Counted from the first letter of the stretch, positions 11,201 to 26,200 are shown. The stretch: 64,000 nt of DNA from Antedon mediterranea (GCF_964355755.1 NC_092671.1:5084001-5148000); one strand, 5' to 3'. The notes: generated from the letters alone by a model not told the origin. Made by a program: numbers and translations.

Positions 11201-14200
11201 ATTTAAAATGCTACTAGTTGACAACTCTGATTTCCTCCATGACTGGTAACACCTCCCATTTATGTGTTTTCACAAATTGGGGTCAAAATCACATAAGGGT
11301 CAGGAAGGGTAAATTTTAATTTAAAACTTTGCACATATGTATTTTTAGGATAAACCTTTTGTGAAAGAAAGATTGTCTAATGGTGTTTTTAATTACAAAT
11401 TTATTTAGCTGATGAAGTAGGAGAAATAGATGTGTTTAAGTTTGGATGTAGTAGGAAATTGGTTGTCAGTCTTAAGAAATTAAAGTTTGAAGGTAAGACA
11501 AACACAGCTGTAGGAATTAACAATAGCATTGTTAAAAGTGTGCATGATGTCAATACAGCAGTGACAGTAGTGTTTTGCACAGACAGCAGCCCTAAGTTCT
11601 CTCTTAAGACTTGTGTAAAAGGGAATCACATTTTTGTTAAAGCATTTTATTTTGCACCGTTGAACATTAATTAAAGATGTATTGTCCCCCTGAAAAAATT
11701 ATTCTTAAAACATTTTTTTTTAATATTCCATTTTAATGTACTGTAACATAATATTTATCCCCTTTGACCAAAAATTTGATTGAAAAAAAAAATGTATTTA
11801 CCTGAAAAATGTAATTTAAAGCAAAAAATGGTCAAAGTGGCTGCCACAATGGATTTTTGGTTGAATTTAACCATTTATTTTCTCATTGATTGAAAACATT
11901 TTTTTTCCCCGTTTTTTTGTCTATGGAAGTTATTAACTTTATTAAAACTACAAAATAACAATAGCATATTCAAAGTCTGATTAAATTAATCTTCATTTTC
12001 ATGTTTTTGGGGGACAATACATCTTTAATTAAAGATACTAGACCTACAATTGTTGACGTTTGTAAAAGTAGGGCATATATCTTACTTTAAAAATATTAAA
12101 CCAGGTCATTCCTTTTCTTAAATGTACGTTTTATGGTAAATTATGATAAAAAGAGAGAAACAATGCATTACCTAAGTGGCTCGCGTCGAATGTCCTCTAG
12201 TGGACGGTCTTAGGCCTAGTTTATATAGAATCATTTTTGTAAGGCTAACTGCTAAATAGCGGTAATGTACGAACATCGTACACTATCTTTAGGCCTAGCC
12301 TGACATTTTCTTGTTACTAATTCAATTGTCTTTCATTTTTTGGCAAAATCTGTTAATAATAATTGGGAAAGACCTGGTATTTTCGCTAAAAAGTTATGGT
12401 TCTTTTATTTGGTTATCTTTCACACAATCGATCGAATTGAGTGCATCACAATGAAGATCAATCTGCGCGCAATGCATGTTGGGATTAATAGCGGGCCGCT
12501 ATAATTACTAGAGTTCCCTTAATTTTCTACCGTTTAAAGATTATTATTATTATTGCAATAGGTTCATATAGTATTTATGTTTACATAAAGCAAAAAAATG
12601 TAGGTCTAGTGTCTTTAAGTTTCCACAGCAAGTTTTCTTACCCAGTGTAAAAAAAAAACATTTTTTAACATGTTGTTGTATATGAATAAACAATAATACT
12701 ATTTGTATTCTTGAATCTTGGCCATACTAAAATAATTGACATCATCAAACCACACTATTAAATCATCTGGGATATACTGTACTAATAACTATACTATAGT
12801 AGACTGGGATAGAGGTGTTCATATTTCCAAGTAGTATTTGAAACTGAGACGCTCTACTTGGATGTAAAACAAAAAGTTATATGTCTTTTTACAGTTTTTC
12901 TACCAAACTGGTAGTAAGAATTATTAAAAGGAATGAAGTTGAAACCTTTACAACACCACGTTCAATTATTTTACAGATATAGAGTCATATTCTGAACAAA
13001 CTAGTTATATTCCTAATGACAACAGTCGCCCGGAGCATGGAAGAGAAAATTATAACAAACACAAAGTAGTTAAACAAGAAAAAACCTTGTTATACTCTGA
13101 ACAGTTTTCTACTGATGTTAGTGACCAAGACATTTTTCCGCAAGACCTTCAAGCATATCCTGAACATCACAGTTACCAAGACATTTTTCCACAAGACACT
13201 CAAGTATATCCTGAACATCACAGTGACCAAGACACTCTTTCACCACAAGACATTCAAGCATATCCTGAACATTACAGTGACCAAGAAACTCTTCCACAAG
13301 ACACTCAAGTATATCCTGAAGATTACAGTGACCAAGAAACTCTTGCACAAGACACTCAAGTATATCCTGAACATTACAGTGACCAAGAAACTCTTCCACA
13401 AGACACTCAAGTATATCCTGAAGATTACAGTGACCAAGAAACTCTTGCACAAGACACTCAAGCATATCCTGAACATTACAGTGACCAAGAAACTCTTCCA
13501 CAAGACACTCAAGCATATTCAGAACATCACAGTGACCAAGAAACTCTTCTACAAGACACTCAAGCATATCCTGAACATCACAGTGACCAAGACACTCTTC
13601 CACAAGACACTCAAGCATATCCTGAACATCACAGTGACCAAGACACTCTTCCACAAGACACTCAAGCATATTCAGAACATCACAGTGACCAAGAAACTCT
13701 TCCACAAGACACTCAAGCATATCCAGAACATCACAGTGACCAAGAAACTCTTCTACAAGACACTCAAGCATATCCTGAACATCACAGTGACCAAGACACT
13801 CTTCTACAAGACACTCAAGCATATCCAGAACATTACAGTGACCAAGAAACTCTTCCACAAGACACTCAAGCATATCCAGAACATCACAGTGACCAAGACA
13901 CTCTTCTACAAGACACTCAAGCATATCCAGAACATTACAGTGACCAAGAAAATCTTATTCTGAACATCCACAACATACTTATAAGCATTTTGTTTTGCAA
14001 GATAGCACTAGTGAAACATCTCCTACACATAGTAGTGATGAATCTGATAAAATGAACAACGCTAAACATGTTTCACCAAGTATGAAAAATGAAAATACTA
14101 AACCTTCACTATCAAATGTGTTAAATTCTGTAATTCAGCGTTTAAAAGGTTCTCCTGTTCGTAAAAAAATAAAGGCGGTTCTAACAAGTAAGAAACAAAA

Positions 14201-17200
14201 GAGACATGAAGGAAGTAATTCAGATTCGAACAGAAATGAAAGAAGACATTTGGAATTTCCAACTGACGGCCTATCAACTTCCAGCAGTTCTAATGCAGAA
14301 ATTTCTGATTTTTCTCCAAATGATAAAAGTGTTTATAAATACACAGATGAAAGGATTCGTGATGTTAAATATAATTCCCAAAAAAAAGCGGTCATTTTAA
14401 ATGAGAAAATAAAATCTATGAAAGAAAAAAGAAAAAGCAGATGTATTGGTGAAACAGCAGCAGAACCGTCAACAAGCAGCTCATCTGAAGAAATAGTTTA
14501 TTCTAATTCTAAGAGTTGCCAAGTAAGCTCAGTACAAGAAACTGCTGATCATAAGTTTAAAGTAAGAAATATAGAAGAAAGTTCAAACTTAGAAGAAATA
14601 ACATTATCAAGTGATACTTTAAGTACCAGTGACATCGAGGCAGGGCTAGATTTACCAATAAGTACTGAAAAAGTTGCAGTGGCTAAAAAAAGTTGGAAGA
14701 TAGAAGTAGTTTCTTTAATATCAGATTCAGATACTGACACTAATTCTGTATTAAAATCTGTACCAGAGACTGGTAACAGAAGTGACCTTATGCCACAAAG
14801 ACTGGAAAGTGAACAAAGTAAAAAAACACCTGTAAATCACCACCATCAAACGTATGTTAATGCAATAAAAGAGGTTGCCAGTACATCCAAAGTTACATCT
14901 ACAGGAGCTGTCAATTTGAAAATTCATAAACAAGTTAGATCAGAACAGGCAGTCACTGCTGGTCTTCAAAGTACAGCTGCCTCTACAGTTGCCCATAAAC
15001 AAGTTAGATCAGAACAGGGAGTCACTGCTGGTCTTCAACAGACAGCTGTATCTACAGTTGCCCAACATCAAGTTAGATCAGAACAGGTAGCCACTGTTGG
15101 TCGTCAAAGTACAGCTGTCTCTACAGTTGCCCAACATCAAGTTAGATCAAAACAGGTAGCCACTGTTGGTTGTCAAGGTACAGCTGTCTCTACAGTTGCC
15201 CAACATCAAGTTAGATCAGAACAGGTAGCCACTGTTGGTCGTCAAAGTACAGCTGTCTCTACAGTTGCCCAACACCAAGTTAGATCAGAACAGGCAGCCA
15301 CTGTTGGTTGTCAAAGTACAGCTGTCTCTACAGTTGCCCAACATCAAGTTAGATCAAAACAGGTAGCCACTGTTGGTTGTCAAAGTACAGCTGTCTCTAC
15401 AGTTGCCCAACATCAAGTTAGATCAAAACAGGTAGCCACTGTTGGTTGTCAAGGTACAGCTGTCTCTACAGTTGCCCAACATCAAGTTAGATCAAAACAG
15501 GTAGCCACTGCTGGTCATTATCAAAGAACAGCTGTATCTACAGTTGCCCAACACCAAGTTAGATCAGAACAGGCAGCCACTGTTGGTTGTCAAAGTACAG
15601 CTGTCTCTACAGTTGCCCAACATCAAGTTAGATCAAAACAGGTAGCCACTGTTGGTTGTCAAGGTACAGCTGTCTCTACAGTTGCCCAACATCAAGTTAG
15701 ATCAAAACAGGTAGCCACTGCTGGTCATTATCAAAGAACAGCTGTATCTACAGTTGCCCAACACCAAGTTAGATCAGAACAGGCAGCCACTGTTGGTTGT
15801 CAAGGTACAGCTGTCTCTACAGTTGCCCAACATCAAGTTAGATCAAAACAGGTAGCCACTGCTGGTCATTATCAAAGAACAGCTGTCTCTACATTTGCTC
15901 AACACCAAGTTAGATCAGAACAGGCAGCCACTGTTGGTCGTCAAAGTACAGCTGTCTCTACAGTTGCCCAACATCAAGTTAGATCAGAACAGGTAGCCAC
16001 TGCTGGTCATTATCAAAGAACAGCTGTCTCTACAGTTGGCCAACATCAAGTTAGATCAGAACAGGTAGCCACTGCGGGTCATTATCAAAGAACAGCTGTC
16101 TCTACAGTTGCCCAGCACCAGAGATCCTCAGAAAGTGGAGAACATAATGTCCATAGATGGCAGAGTGTTGAAATCAATCTTAAACCCACTTATAATGTTA
16201 AGTGTGAAGGTCTTGTTAATGTCATCTTGCACTGGAAACCTGAGTGGTTAGAACAACATGAAGGTAATTGTTTGTTTTTTTTTATTATTATTATTATTTC
16301 TTAGTTGAAAGGTATTCTCCAGTTTCATTCGTCAAAATTTGTATAGCACAGAACAAATCCTAGACATACTCACTTTTAATAATCTCTTTTCTTGAATGCT
16401 GACACTTTATAATTCTCCTATAAACCACTTCCAAAAACTTTTGTTTCAATTACCTTCCTCATTACATCAATTAGCTGTTACTGAATCTCTTCCCTATCTT
16501 TATCATCTATTGACTCTCTTCCTGCTATTTATCTTTAATTCTTTTTTTGTTTTGAATATTTAATTTAATTTATTTTATATACAATAATTGTTTTTTTGTT
16601 GTATATACATGTCTAAATATATTGTTTATTATATATTTATTTTAGTTAATATCATGGAACTGCTGACTCTTGTAGTTATAGTAATCTTGTTTGCTTTAGA
16701 AGTCTCTGACCAGTTCATATCTGTATATTTTATATTATGGTTTGTTGGTAAAAAATTCTCAGTGAAAATTCCAACAAGCATTCTAGGTACTTTATATAAC
16801 TGAGTTTTATAAAGTATTAGGGGACTATTTAAATGTCTACTGAATTATACTTTTGATATTCTTATATAGTGAGACAAGAAGAAATTCTCAGGCCCTTGGG
16901 GTTGAATGTTCCATTGAGAGAAAATCCTAATCTGTTTAGTTCCATTGATGAATACTACAGAGGGTTTGTGCCACTGCTTCTCCTAGAAACTTGGAGTGAA
17001 GTAAGTTTTGTTGAGTAACAATTGTTTGTGAAGTTGCATAGAGAAAGAGACAAAGTGCTGGTTCTTCCAGTCTATGGTCGCACAGAAAAAGCTTATCTTT
17101 CAGGCCACGGTTTCACAAAAAGAGCTGGTTCTTTCAGGGTATAGTCGCACAGAAAGAGCTTATCTTTCAGTCCACAGTTTCACAGAAAGAGATGGTTCTT

Positions 17201-20200
17201 TCAGGCTATGGTCGCACAGAAAGAGCTTATCTTTCCGGCTACGGTTTCACAGAAAGAGCTAGTTATTTCAGACTATGGTTTTTACAGAAAGAGATGGTTC
17301 GTTGAGACTTATGGTCACTTAGAAAGAGCTGGTTCTTTCAGGCTATGGTTTTTACAGAAAGAGCTGGTTATTTCAGACTACGGTTTTTACAGAAAGAGCT
17401 GGTTATTTCAGACTATGGTTTCTACAGAAAGAGCTGGTTCTTTCATGCTATGGTCACATAGAAAGAGCTGGTTCTTTCAGGTTATGGTCACACAGAAAGA
17501 GCTAATTCTTTCAGGCTATGGTCGCACAGAAAGAGCTGGTTCTTTCAGACTATGATCACATAGAAAGAGCTGGTTCTTTCAGGCTATGGTCGCACAGAAA
17601 GAGCTGGTTCTTTCAGACTATGATCACATAGAAAGAGCTGGTTCTTTCAGGCTATGGTCGCACAGAAAGAGTTGGTTCTTTCAGACTATGATCACATAGA
17701 AAGAGCTGGTTCTTGTGTGTTTAATGTACTGTTTCTGATTTCAGGTAGTTCAGGAATACCCTCAAAACAAAAAAAACAAATTACGTTGTCGATGCATAGG
17801 GTGTCCTGGTTGCTTTATAAAATGCCAGGGTAAGATTTTATTTATTATTTAGAAAGAATTCAAACCTTCCAACTTTTCCAATTAGAATAGAATGTTGTTC
17901 CTTGTGGTCAGTTTTGATTTTTCTTTTTTAGCAATGTCAGGAGAACAGGAGACATACCCAGCGGTCAGTGATTTAGTTATCTTGTCACCGAATAAACCTA
18001 GAAAGGACAACAACTACTTTGTATTTGGTATCATACGTGATCGGAAAATTGAAAATGTGTTAAAAGATAAAAAAACAGGTGCGAATAAAATAAATGAAGG
18101 GAATATTCTGTAATAGTGTTTTTGGAAAGAGAAATAATTTCATCACTTCAAGGAAAATGTTTTCTAATATAGTAGTGCTATATCCTATAGCCATGAAATC
18201 TATGCAGATTGAAGGATCTCAATAGTTATGGTGGTGGAAGAAGTCTTCTTGAATAACAACATCAGAACACTTATGGCGTGTGTGCACTTAAAAGAACCCA
18301 TTGCATGAAGAGTATGGGGTTACTTCAGTATCCAGTTGTGTTTACAGCAGTTCATGATGTTTTATTTATTATTTATACCGGGTGACCTCTTCCGTCAAAG
18401 ACTGGTCTCCCAGACGGCCCAGATATGATGAGTGGACGTGTGTGAAAAGTAATTTGTTTGTTTTTTCAATATATGTTTCTATTTATAAGAAATTTTAATT
18501 TAATTTTTTTCTTTTTAACAGTTAAATTGATTTACAAGTTGCAAATAGAGACAGACATTTCACAATATATTTCTTATGATGTTGATATGAAAATGCAGGT
18601 ATGTTTAAAAATATATTGTCCTTCTGGACAAATGTTTAATTTTATTGTCATATAATAGTTTAATATTTACTTTGATCAAGAATTGGATTGAGAAAGAAAT
18701 TATTTACATGAAAAAGGGTAAGGTTGAAGTGAAAAATCAACTGGACAGGTTAAATTGGTTAAATTTTACTGTTTGTCTTTATAAAACTGCAAGCAAATCT
18801 GATTTTATTAAGTGATGTTACAGTGAAATCAAGAGTTGTAAGAGACACATCACATATTTTAATGGATTTATTTTTGTGCTTGTAGGTTGTTGCAAGTTTG
18901 GTTTCAAATCTGCGAGTCTTTTCTATTATTGAAGATCTACCGAAACTTGTACTGGCGCGAGATATTTTGTACCCCAGAAAACGGCGTAAAATACAGACAA
19001 TCCCTAGCCTTTGTCCAATCACAACGGTTTGTACACTTTAGTTTTCAATAACAGTGTAAAGACATTTAATAATATTTTTGAATGACTGTTTATATTTGTT
19101 GAACATTCGATTTGAATTTGTGGCACTTACAAAAAATGGTGCGGTCCAGAAACAATATCTTAATATAAAATGTAAACAAAAACAAACATAACTTATAATA
19201 AAGTTATATTTGACATTGTTTAAATGAAAAATATATTTTTTTTTATAGCTTCCTACCAAATATTTCCCAAATTTAGGCAAAGTTGCTTACCACTAACGTC
19301 CTATTTCTGTCATATTCTAGACTTGAATCCACAATCTCTCAATCACTAGTAATTATAATTTTGTTTTTGTTATTATTTAGAAGCTTAACGATTCTCAAAC
19401 AAAAGCTGCAGATAACATTTTTACCTGTGTTGAGAGTGCGTATGGAATCCCTCATATCAATTTACTGCATGGTCCGCCAGGCACTGGAAAAACACGGACA
19501 ATTGTTAACATCATTGAAAGAATTTTAAAGGCAAGTCATTTTTTCCTTTGCATTCATTTTTTTGTTTTACAATCTCTATTTGTGAAGGTTCATAAGTTTG
19601 GGACCCCTTATTGGAAAGATAGCCAACTACTTCCTAAATATAACTAAACCTAACCCTCTAAATAATCTCTCTCTCACTATAAAGTAAAAGAACTTGCTAA
19701 TGGGATTCGAACCACATACATTGACATGTAAAGTCCACAGTCTAATTCACTTGACTACACAGACGGATCGATAGAAACAGTTTCCAATAGCAAATTGTAG
19801 TTTCATTTCATTTTCATTTCAAAAGACATTTATTTTCCTCCATGCATTACAATACAAAATAGTATACAGAAATGATAATGTAAAATAATTAAGATTATGA
19901 TGATTGTTGGATGGACAAAAGAAAAGAGAATAAAAATAAAAAAATAGGCTATGAAGGAAGATCATAATCTCGAGAAGATGTGGGTATCTTGTGCTAGGTA
20001 TGCCTATGCAAATAAAATGGGTATGTGTATAACAATGGGAATTAAGAGAAACAAGCAATAAAAAAAAAGACGCACAGACAAGGGAAAAAAAAATATTTAA
20101 AATAAATAAAAAATAAATAAATAAATAGAAAAGAAGAAAAAAAAAGAATAGTTACCTCAATTCTTACGTCGCACTTTATGGATATGACTAATAAATATTC

Positions 20201-23200
20201 AGGTTTATTTTGTGACGTTTCATGAGGGGTCCCCAACTTATGTACGGAAAAAAATATCGCACCCTGGCTATTTTAATATCTTATATGAGTTAATATCACA
20301 TATATATACCATTATGTTTTAAAACCCTGGAATGTTAAATTTGCTCAAATATATTCTCTAATGTAAAACGGTACTTTTTATTCAATTCAAAATGACTGAC
20401 CTGTGGCCCTGTGTTTTCATTTTTTCAATATACTAGAAAAATCGAGAAGAAGAAAATGGGTCACTACTTCCTGGGCAGAGACCTACCACCGATAACCGGC
20501 CAAAGATCTTAGTTTGTGCTCCATCAAACACAGCTGTTGATCGGTTGGTTTCGAAGGTGGTCGAGATGTGTTTATATGAACGAAATTCATGTAAGTCTCC
20601 ATTAACTTTTTAAATTAATTAATTAAATTAAAAATTAAAATGTTTTTTCTAGTAATGATATATAAGAATAAAGATTTTGCCTTAACATTAATCCTCTGCA
20701 GTGCATGGTGAATGCCTGTGGCTTTATTCACCAATTACACTTGGGCTAAGAGCGGCAACATTTACCTTTAAAATTAAAAAAATCTTCTATCTAAGTGAAT
20801 ACAATTAAATGAAAATAAATTTTTATTGAGTTAAGTGAAATACTTAGTAAAGGAAATATCTCACTGTATGATTTGTATACAGCCACTGGTCCCTCTGTAC
20901 TGAGCAAGCCTCCCTAGGCTGGTCTAATTAATAAGATTCAATTCCTAAACTACTGTTATTCTCCATGTGTCCTTTAGTCTGCCCCTCTCGTGTCAATCGC
21001 ATTGATCGTCTTTGTGTATCTGTTACTGTTCATTTTACTGGATGAACTTTAACATTCCATAACTGGTCAAAAGTGCTTCATTTAATTTTCTTTTTTAGAT
21101 GATCAAAAATTTAACTGTGGTAAATACAATATTGTTCGTATTGGAACAAATGTTGATAGAAGGTGTATAAAGTTTCAGTTAACCACAATATTGGAAAAAC
21201 AAGTGACCAAAATGAAAGGTAAAACTTGCACCATAACAGACTTGTCAATTTTAAAAAAATATAATAATTCATGGCTTTGCAGAATAAAAAAGTTTACAGT
21301 ACGAGACAATAACAATTGTTAAAAGCACTATATAAATATGACAACATTAATAATAAAAGTTTTTTAGTAAATCTAATTTAATTTTAATAAATCTTGTCAG
21401 CAATTAGTGAGGATATACCTCATTGTGTGTGTTTTCACTGGATCTTCTTTTTTATTGTTTTAAAAAAATCAAATATACTTTTTTCTTCATTGTTATCAAC
21501 GAAATATAAAAGAAAAATCGGTCAAATAAAGAAATGTTGAGGCTATAAATTGTATTTTTATATCCAGCTTATGATGTAGAAAAGAATAGAAAAGAAATTG
21601 CCAAGTATGAACAGGAGCTTAAGGCGGTTCAAGAGAAGTGTGCCAAGTTAAGATTAAGTTCAGAAACAGCAAACTCAGATGAAGTAAGTGGGATATCTGT
21701 AATTTGATCATTTAATAAAAATATAGAGTCCATGTTTTTCCTTATGACCATTTACACAAAACAGGAGAGGACAGCCGGTATTCTCTCAGGATAGATACAA
21801 ATTCTACCTGAGACAAGCTACACGGTTTTCTACTTACTGTTACTACTTGTCTGTGTGAATCTGCCTTAAGGCTGGGTTCACACTAGGACGCAACTGCAGG
21901 ACGTAAAATGCAATGTAAGTGAGTTGACCAATGACAAACGACAGTTTTTAATAATCCATCGCGTGTGATTGGTGGAATCGCTAGCGTTGTGCGTATGTTT
22001 TTGCGTTGTGTCCTTGTTGGGACAATATGCTTCATTCTGTCATTCTGAATTACGGTAAACAGAAATTTTTACACTGACCATCACCCTTAACTGACCATAG
22101 CCAAAAAACTCAACTGACCACCATAAATGTAGTTCTTCTTTTCCGAAATTGACTAAACCACCAGCTTGCACATACTTGTTCCGCTTTCAGCTACGAATCA
22201 TGTCCTATGTGTAAACACAACCAATTGTAATTAGTTTTAGCCCGAATATTGACATGCATGGTTGAACTTCTAATTAAATACAAATGCATTATTTATTTTT
22301 TTATTTCATATGCATCCAACAGCAATTCAAATATCCCAAAAATTCTTTTTTTTTTTTCAGAATACTTAACAATTTATATTAATTTTGTGGTAAGCTTTAT
22401 GTGGGTTTTTTTTCTGTACAATTTAGCTTTTTTTCCAGCTATGACTTTGCTTGATTCAATTATTTATTTTTATTTGTTGTATAATTCTTGCAATACTGAA
22501 CATATTTTGTCAAAAAAACGTTTACTGATACATTGCTAATACCTAATTCACATAAACAAAACTAAAATCTGTCTAGAAAACTCAGAACTCTGAATCTAGA
22601 AATCCCAGATATCTGTGTTTTCTAGATCTAGAAAACCCAGATATCTGAGTTTTTTAGATCTAGAAAATTCAGATATATCTGAGATCTGAGTTTTCTAGAC
22701 ACCCTAAAATCTCCTGAGATCTTACGCTTTCACAGGCTAGTCTGGTGTAATGTAAAGGCTGTGTAAACCTCATTAGATGCTAAGATAATGATTTTATAAT
22801 CAGTGCCATTCCTATAAGCTTCAACAAGATATTTTTAATCAGATACGGAAACACTGTCACACAATTCTTACCATGATAACAATTTGTTATAATGTTACAT
22901 TTTCTAAAATTGTTTCTTTGTGTGAATCAAGTATTTGTATTTCTAATTAAAAAATTGGTGGTAATTCTCACTCAGCTTGCATACGATTTCTGTCATCCTA
23001 TCAAATAAAGTTTCGGTTAACAGGTCCAATTTGTGTGGGTTTATATATACAATATTAACACTCTTTGAAATGCAATGGTTTATTGAAACAGTTATTCTTG
23101 TATTATACACCTAGCAATTTTTTTTGTTTGGTTTCCTATATTTTAATATTTTCTTGCTCAATCAATTATCTTTTGTAGGAATGTGCGAATTTGTAACAAA

Positions 23201-26200
23201 TGTTGCATATGGTGTTTGTTGTGCGGATAACTAACTCGTCAAAGTGGCGAGTTCAAATCTAGTTTTTCTTACTTTTGCCAAGAAAAATCATTTTTGCAGT
23301 GTGTAACCCTTGTTATGAAATGTTTTTAATAGTGCAAGAAGGCGAAATCGAAGAGAGAAGAATTAGAAAAATGCATCAAAGTTCTAAAGAGAAAATCAAC
23401 TATACATTATCAAGATAAAGAAAAACTGCGTAATACAGTATTAAAAAATGCTGATGTTGTGTTCTGTACATTGAATGGCAGTGGATGTTTGGATCTACAT
23501 TTCCTTGCAAAGCAGAAAGGACATTTCAAATGTGTGATTGTCGACGAGGTTAGTCCAGTTCTACCATTTTCACACGCTTTCATTTGATTCAGTGTTAGTC
23601 AACTCTTACATTATGTGATATTTTTATATACAGACGCAAGTGTTTAGCAAAACTGCATCTCTGACAAATTAGATCATTTTAAGTGCCCTTTTTAATCTAG
23701 AGACCAGTAGTGGAGGTAATGGTCTATCCTAGCTAACGATTTTTCCCCTTTTGTGGAAAGAAGACTCCTTATGGCTATGGCCTTGGATGGTTAACTCTCT
23801 TTTCTTATTCTTCCACATTCATTTACCAGGCTTGTCAGTGCACAGAGCCGGATACACTAATACCACTGAGGTTTAAAAGTAGTAAGCTGGTACTTGTTGG
23901 TGATCCACTGCAGCTTCCAGCTACGGTGGTATCAAAGGTAAATATCTGTTTAGCTCTGTCTACACTATCAAACTAATTTGACAAAAAAAGTGTGATGTGC
24001 CCAAATATGGTAGTGATATGCCCAAATTAGGTATTGATATGACATCATCATGTCCATACTGTATATGGCCACATCACATTAGTAGTGCATACAGAGCTTT
24101 AGATAACCAAAAAAGGAAGAAACCCAGACTATACCGCTCTGTTCTCCAGTACTTTGAAGCTCCCATATGAGAGCTCGCTGGAACAGTAATCACAAGAGGT
24201 CAAGAGAAAAAGGCATCTGTTTATCCTATCCTACCAAATTAAGATGAAAAAAGATGTTGCTTAAAGGCCCATTTACACTAGGACGATAACGATCGACGAT
24301 AAATATGCATGTTTCATACATAAAACAAAGGAAATTTAAAATGTTTTCCTCCTAGAACTATAGGATTATGACGTCATGATCGGTAAGAGCATAAAACGAT
24401 GTTATTGTTTTTATTGATCCTGACGTCATTTGATTGGATTTAAAAAAATATTATTATTATCAATGACGGCATAAATGATTATCTAAAACTTTTCCAATTT
24501 ATTTTATTTCATGCAAGAAAAATGTATGTTTATCTATTTATCATTATCGTCCTAGTGTAAATGGGCCTTTAGACTTTTGTTACTTATTAATTGTAGACCC
24601 AATAAAACTTTCAATGTAATTTCAACAATTATTAGTTTTAAGATAGGCCTATATGAGAATCATCATATTAATTATTATAGATAGAGTGAGCTACAGTATA
24701 TTAGCAGGCACATGGTATGCTAGAGAGCATTATTTTTGTTCCCAACATGTTAAAGCAGTGAGTGTTTAAACAACAGGGCTATCAACCCTTAAATAATCAA
24801 ATCAGCATGCATTTGCACTGAACCTGGACAAACAGCATTCACAGCTACCAACTTTATTTTGTTGACAGAAAGCGACACAATTGGGTTTTCATCGCTCCCT
24901 ATTTGAACGTATATACATGTATTATAGAAGCCAAGGGACGGAAGCAAACCATGTGTACATGTTGAACACCCAGTATCGAATGCACCCTGAGATATGCAGG
25001 TTTCCGTCACAGCATTTTTACAATAACAGACTAGAAACTCATAGGTACATTGTTTTTTTTATTCTGAATACTCACTCTGTGTTAAATGTTGTTTTCTGTC
25101 ATACACCCACTGCTAACTTTGTTTCCCACTTGGACGCAACGCAAAAATGTAAGTTAGCCGACCATAAATAATTTAACCAATCACGATGGGATGTGTCATC
25201 CAAACTGTCGCTTGTGATTGGTCCACTCACATCTACGAGCGCTCACTATTAAATTTCTGTTATTCAGATCTGATCAAGAAAAGCCTTTCCCATTCAAACC
25301 TTACTTGGTGTTTGATGTCATCAATGGACGAGAGGAATGCAATGAAAAGTAAATATTAATTGCTTTATTATTTGAAAACAATTTATTATGAAACACAAAA
25401 TTAAGATGCCATTAAAATACAAAAATATAATTTTTGTTCAATTTACATTATGTATATTTATTACAAAATGTTATATCGAATAATTCCTACCTGTAAACTA
25501 GATTTACAAACACACTTAGAGTGCAAAATTGGTAGGCACTGCACTGCTGACTGCCGTGAGTCCGTGGAGTGCCTAATCCATATTTCCTCAGTTTCCAGTT
25601 AAGAATAAATACATTTTAATATGATGATTGTATATAGTGCATGAAATAGAATCTGAATTTATTTTATTTTTGTAGGGATATTAGTAACAGAGCTGAATGT
25701 GATATGGTAAAGGAATTAATCTTATCTGTGGTCCATCTGGAGAAGATCAGGATAGGTATTGTAACACCATATAGAAAACAGAAAGAGTTACTTATGGATT
25801 GTGTTGAAAGGTAATTTAACCTAAATTCTAACTTCATTTTAGCGCCAAGAATGCCACAACTACTAGTGATAAATGTAGATGATGAAAAACGGCTAAAAGT
25901 GAGATTTTAATTAGGTTCTTCTTGATATGCAGATGCATTAGATCACTTTTGATTTTTATTTTTGTCATGTGTCATGAGTTTTGCTACAGGCCCATAGACA
26001 AGAGTTTTTATCTGTCTATTTCTGTCTACACTTTCAAACTTGACAAAGTGATATGTGACAAATAAATGTGATGAGGTCATATCACTACCATATTTAAGCA
26101 TATCACTACCATATATAGGCACATCACACTTTTTTTTGTCAAACTAGTTTGATAGTTTAGACAGAGCTTTAAGTTTGATCTCCACTAGGATGTATGCGCA

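Noticed and set aside
13941-13960. Programmed -1 ribosomal frameshift in SETX
   Set aside because: No canonical X XXY YYZ slippery heptamer in the right frame and no evident downstream structure; a homopolymer error is simpler.
13115-13963. 282-aa (+) and 268-aa (-) ORFs overlapping the 48-bp array
   Set aside because: Shadow frames of a repeat whose unit length is a multiple of 3 and lacks stops; they end with the array, and splice phase supports only the SDQETLPQ frame.
19700-19765. tRNA gene (gggattcgaacc B-box, minus strand); similar at ~58900-59040
   Set aside because: No complete cloverleaf; at most SINE-like relics.
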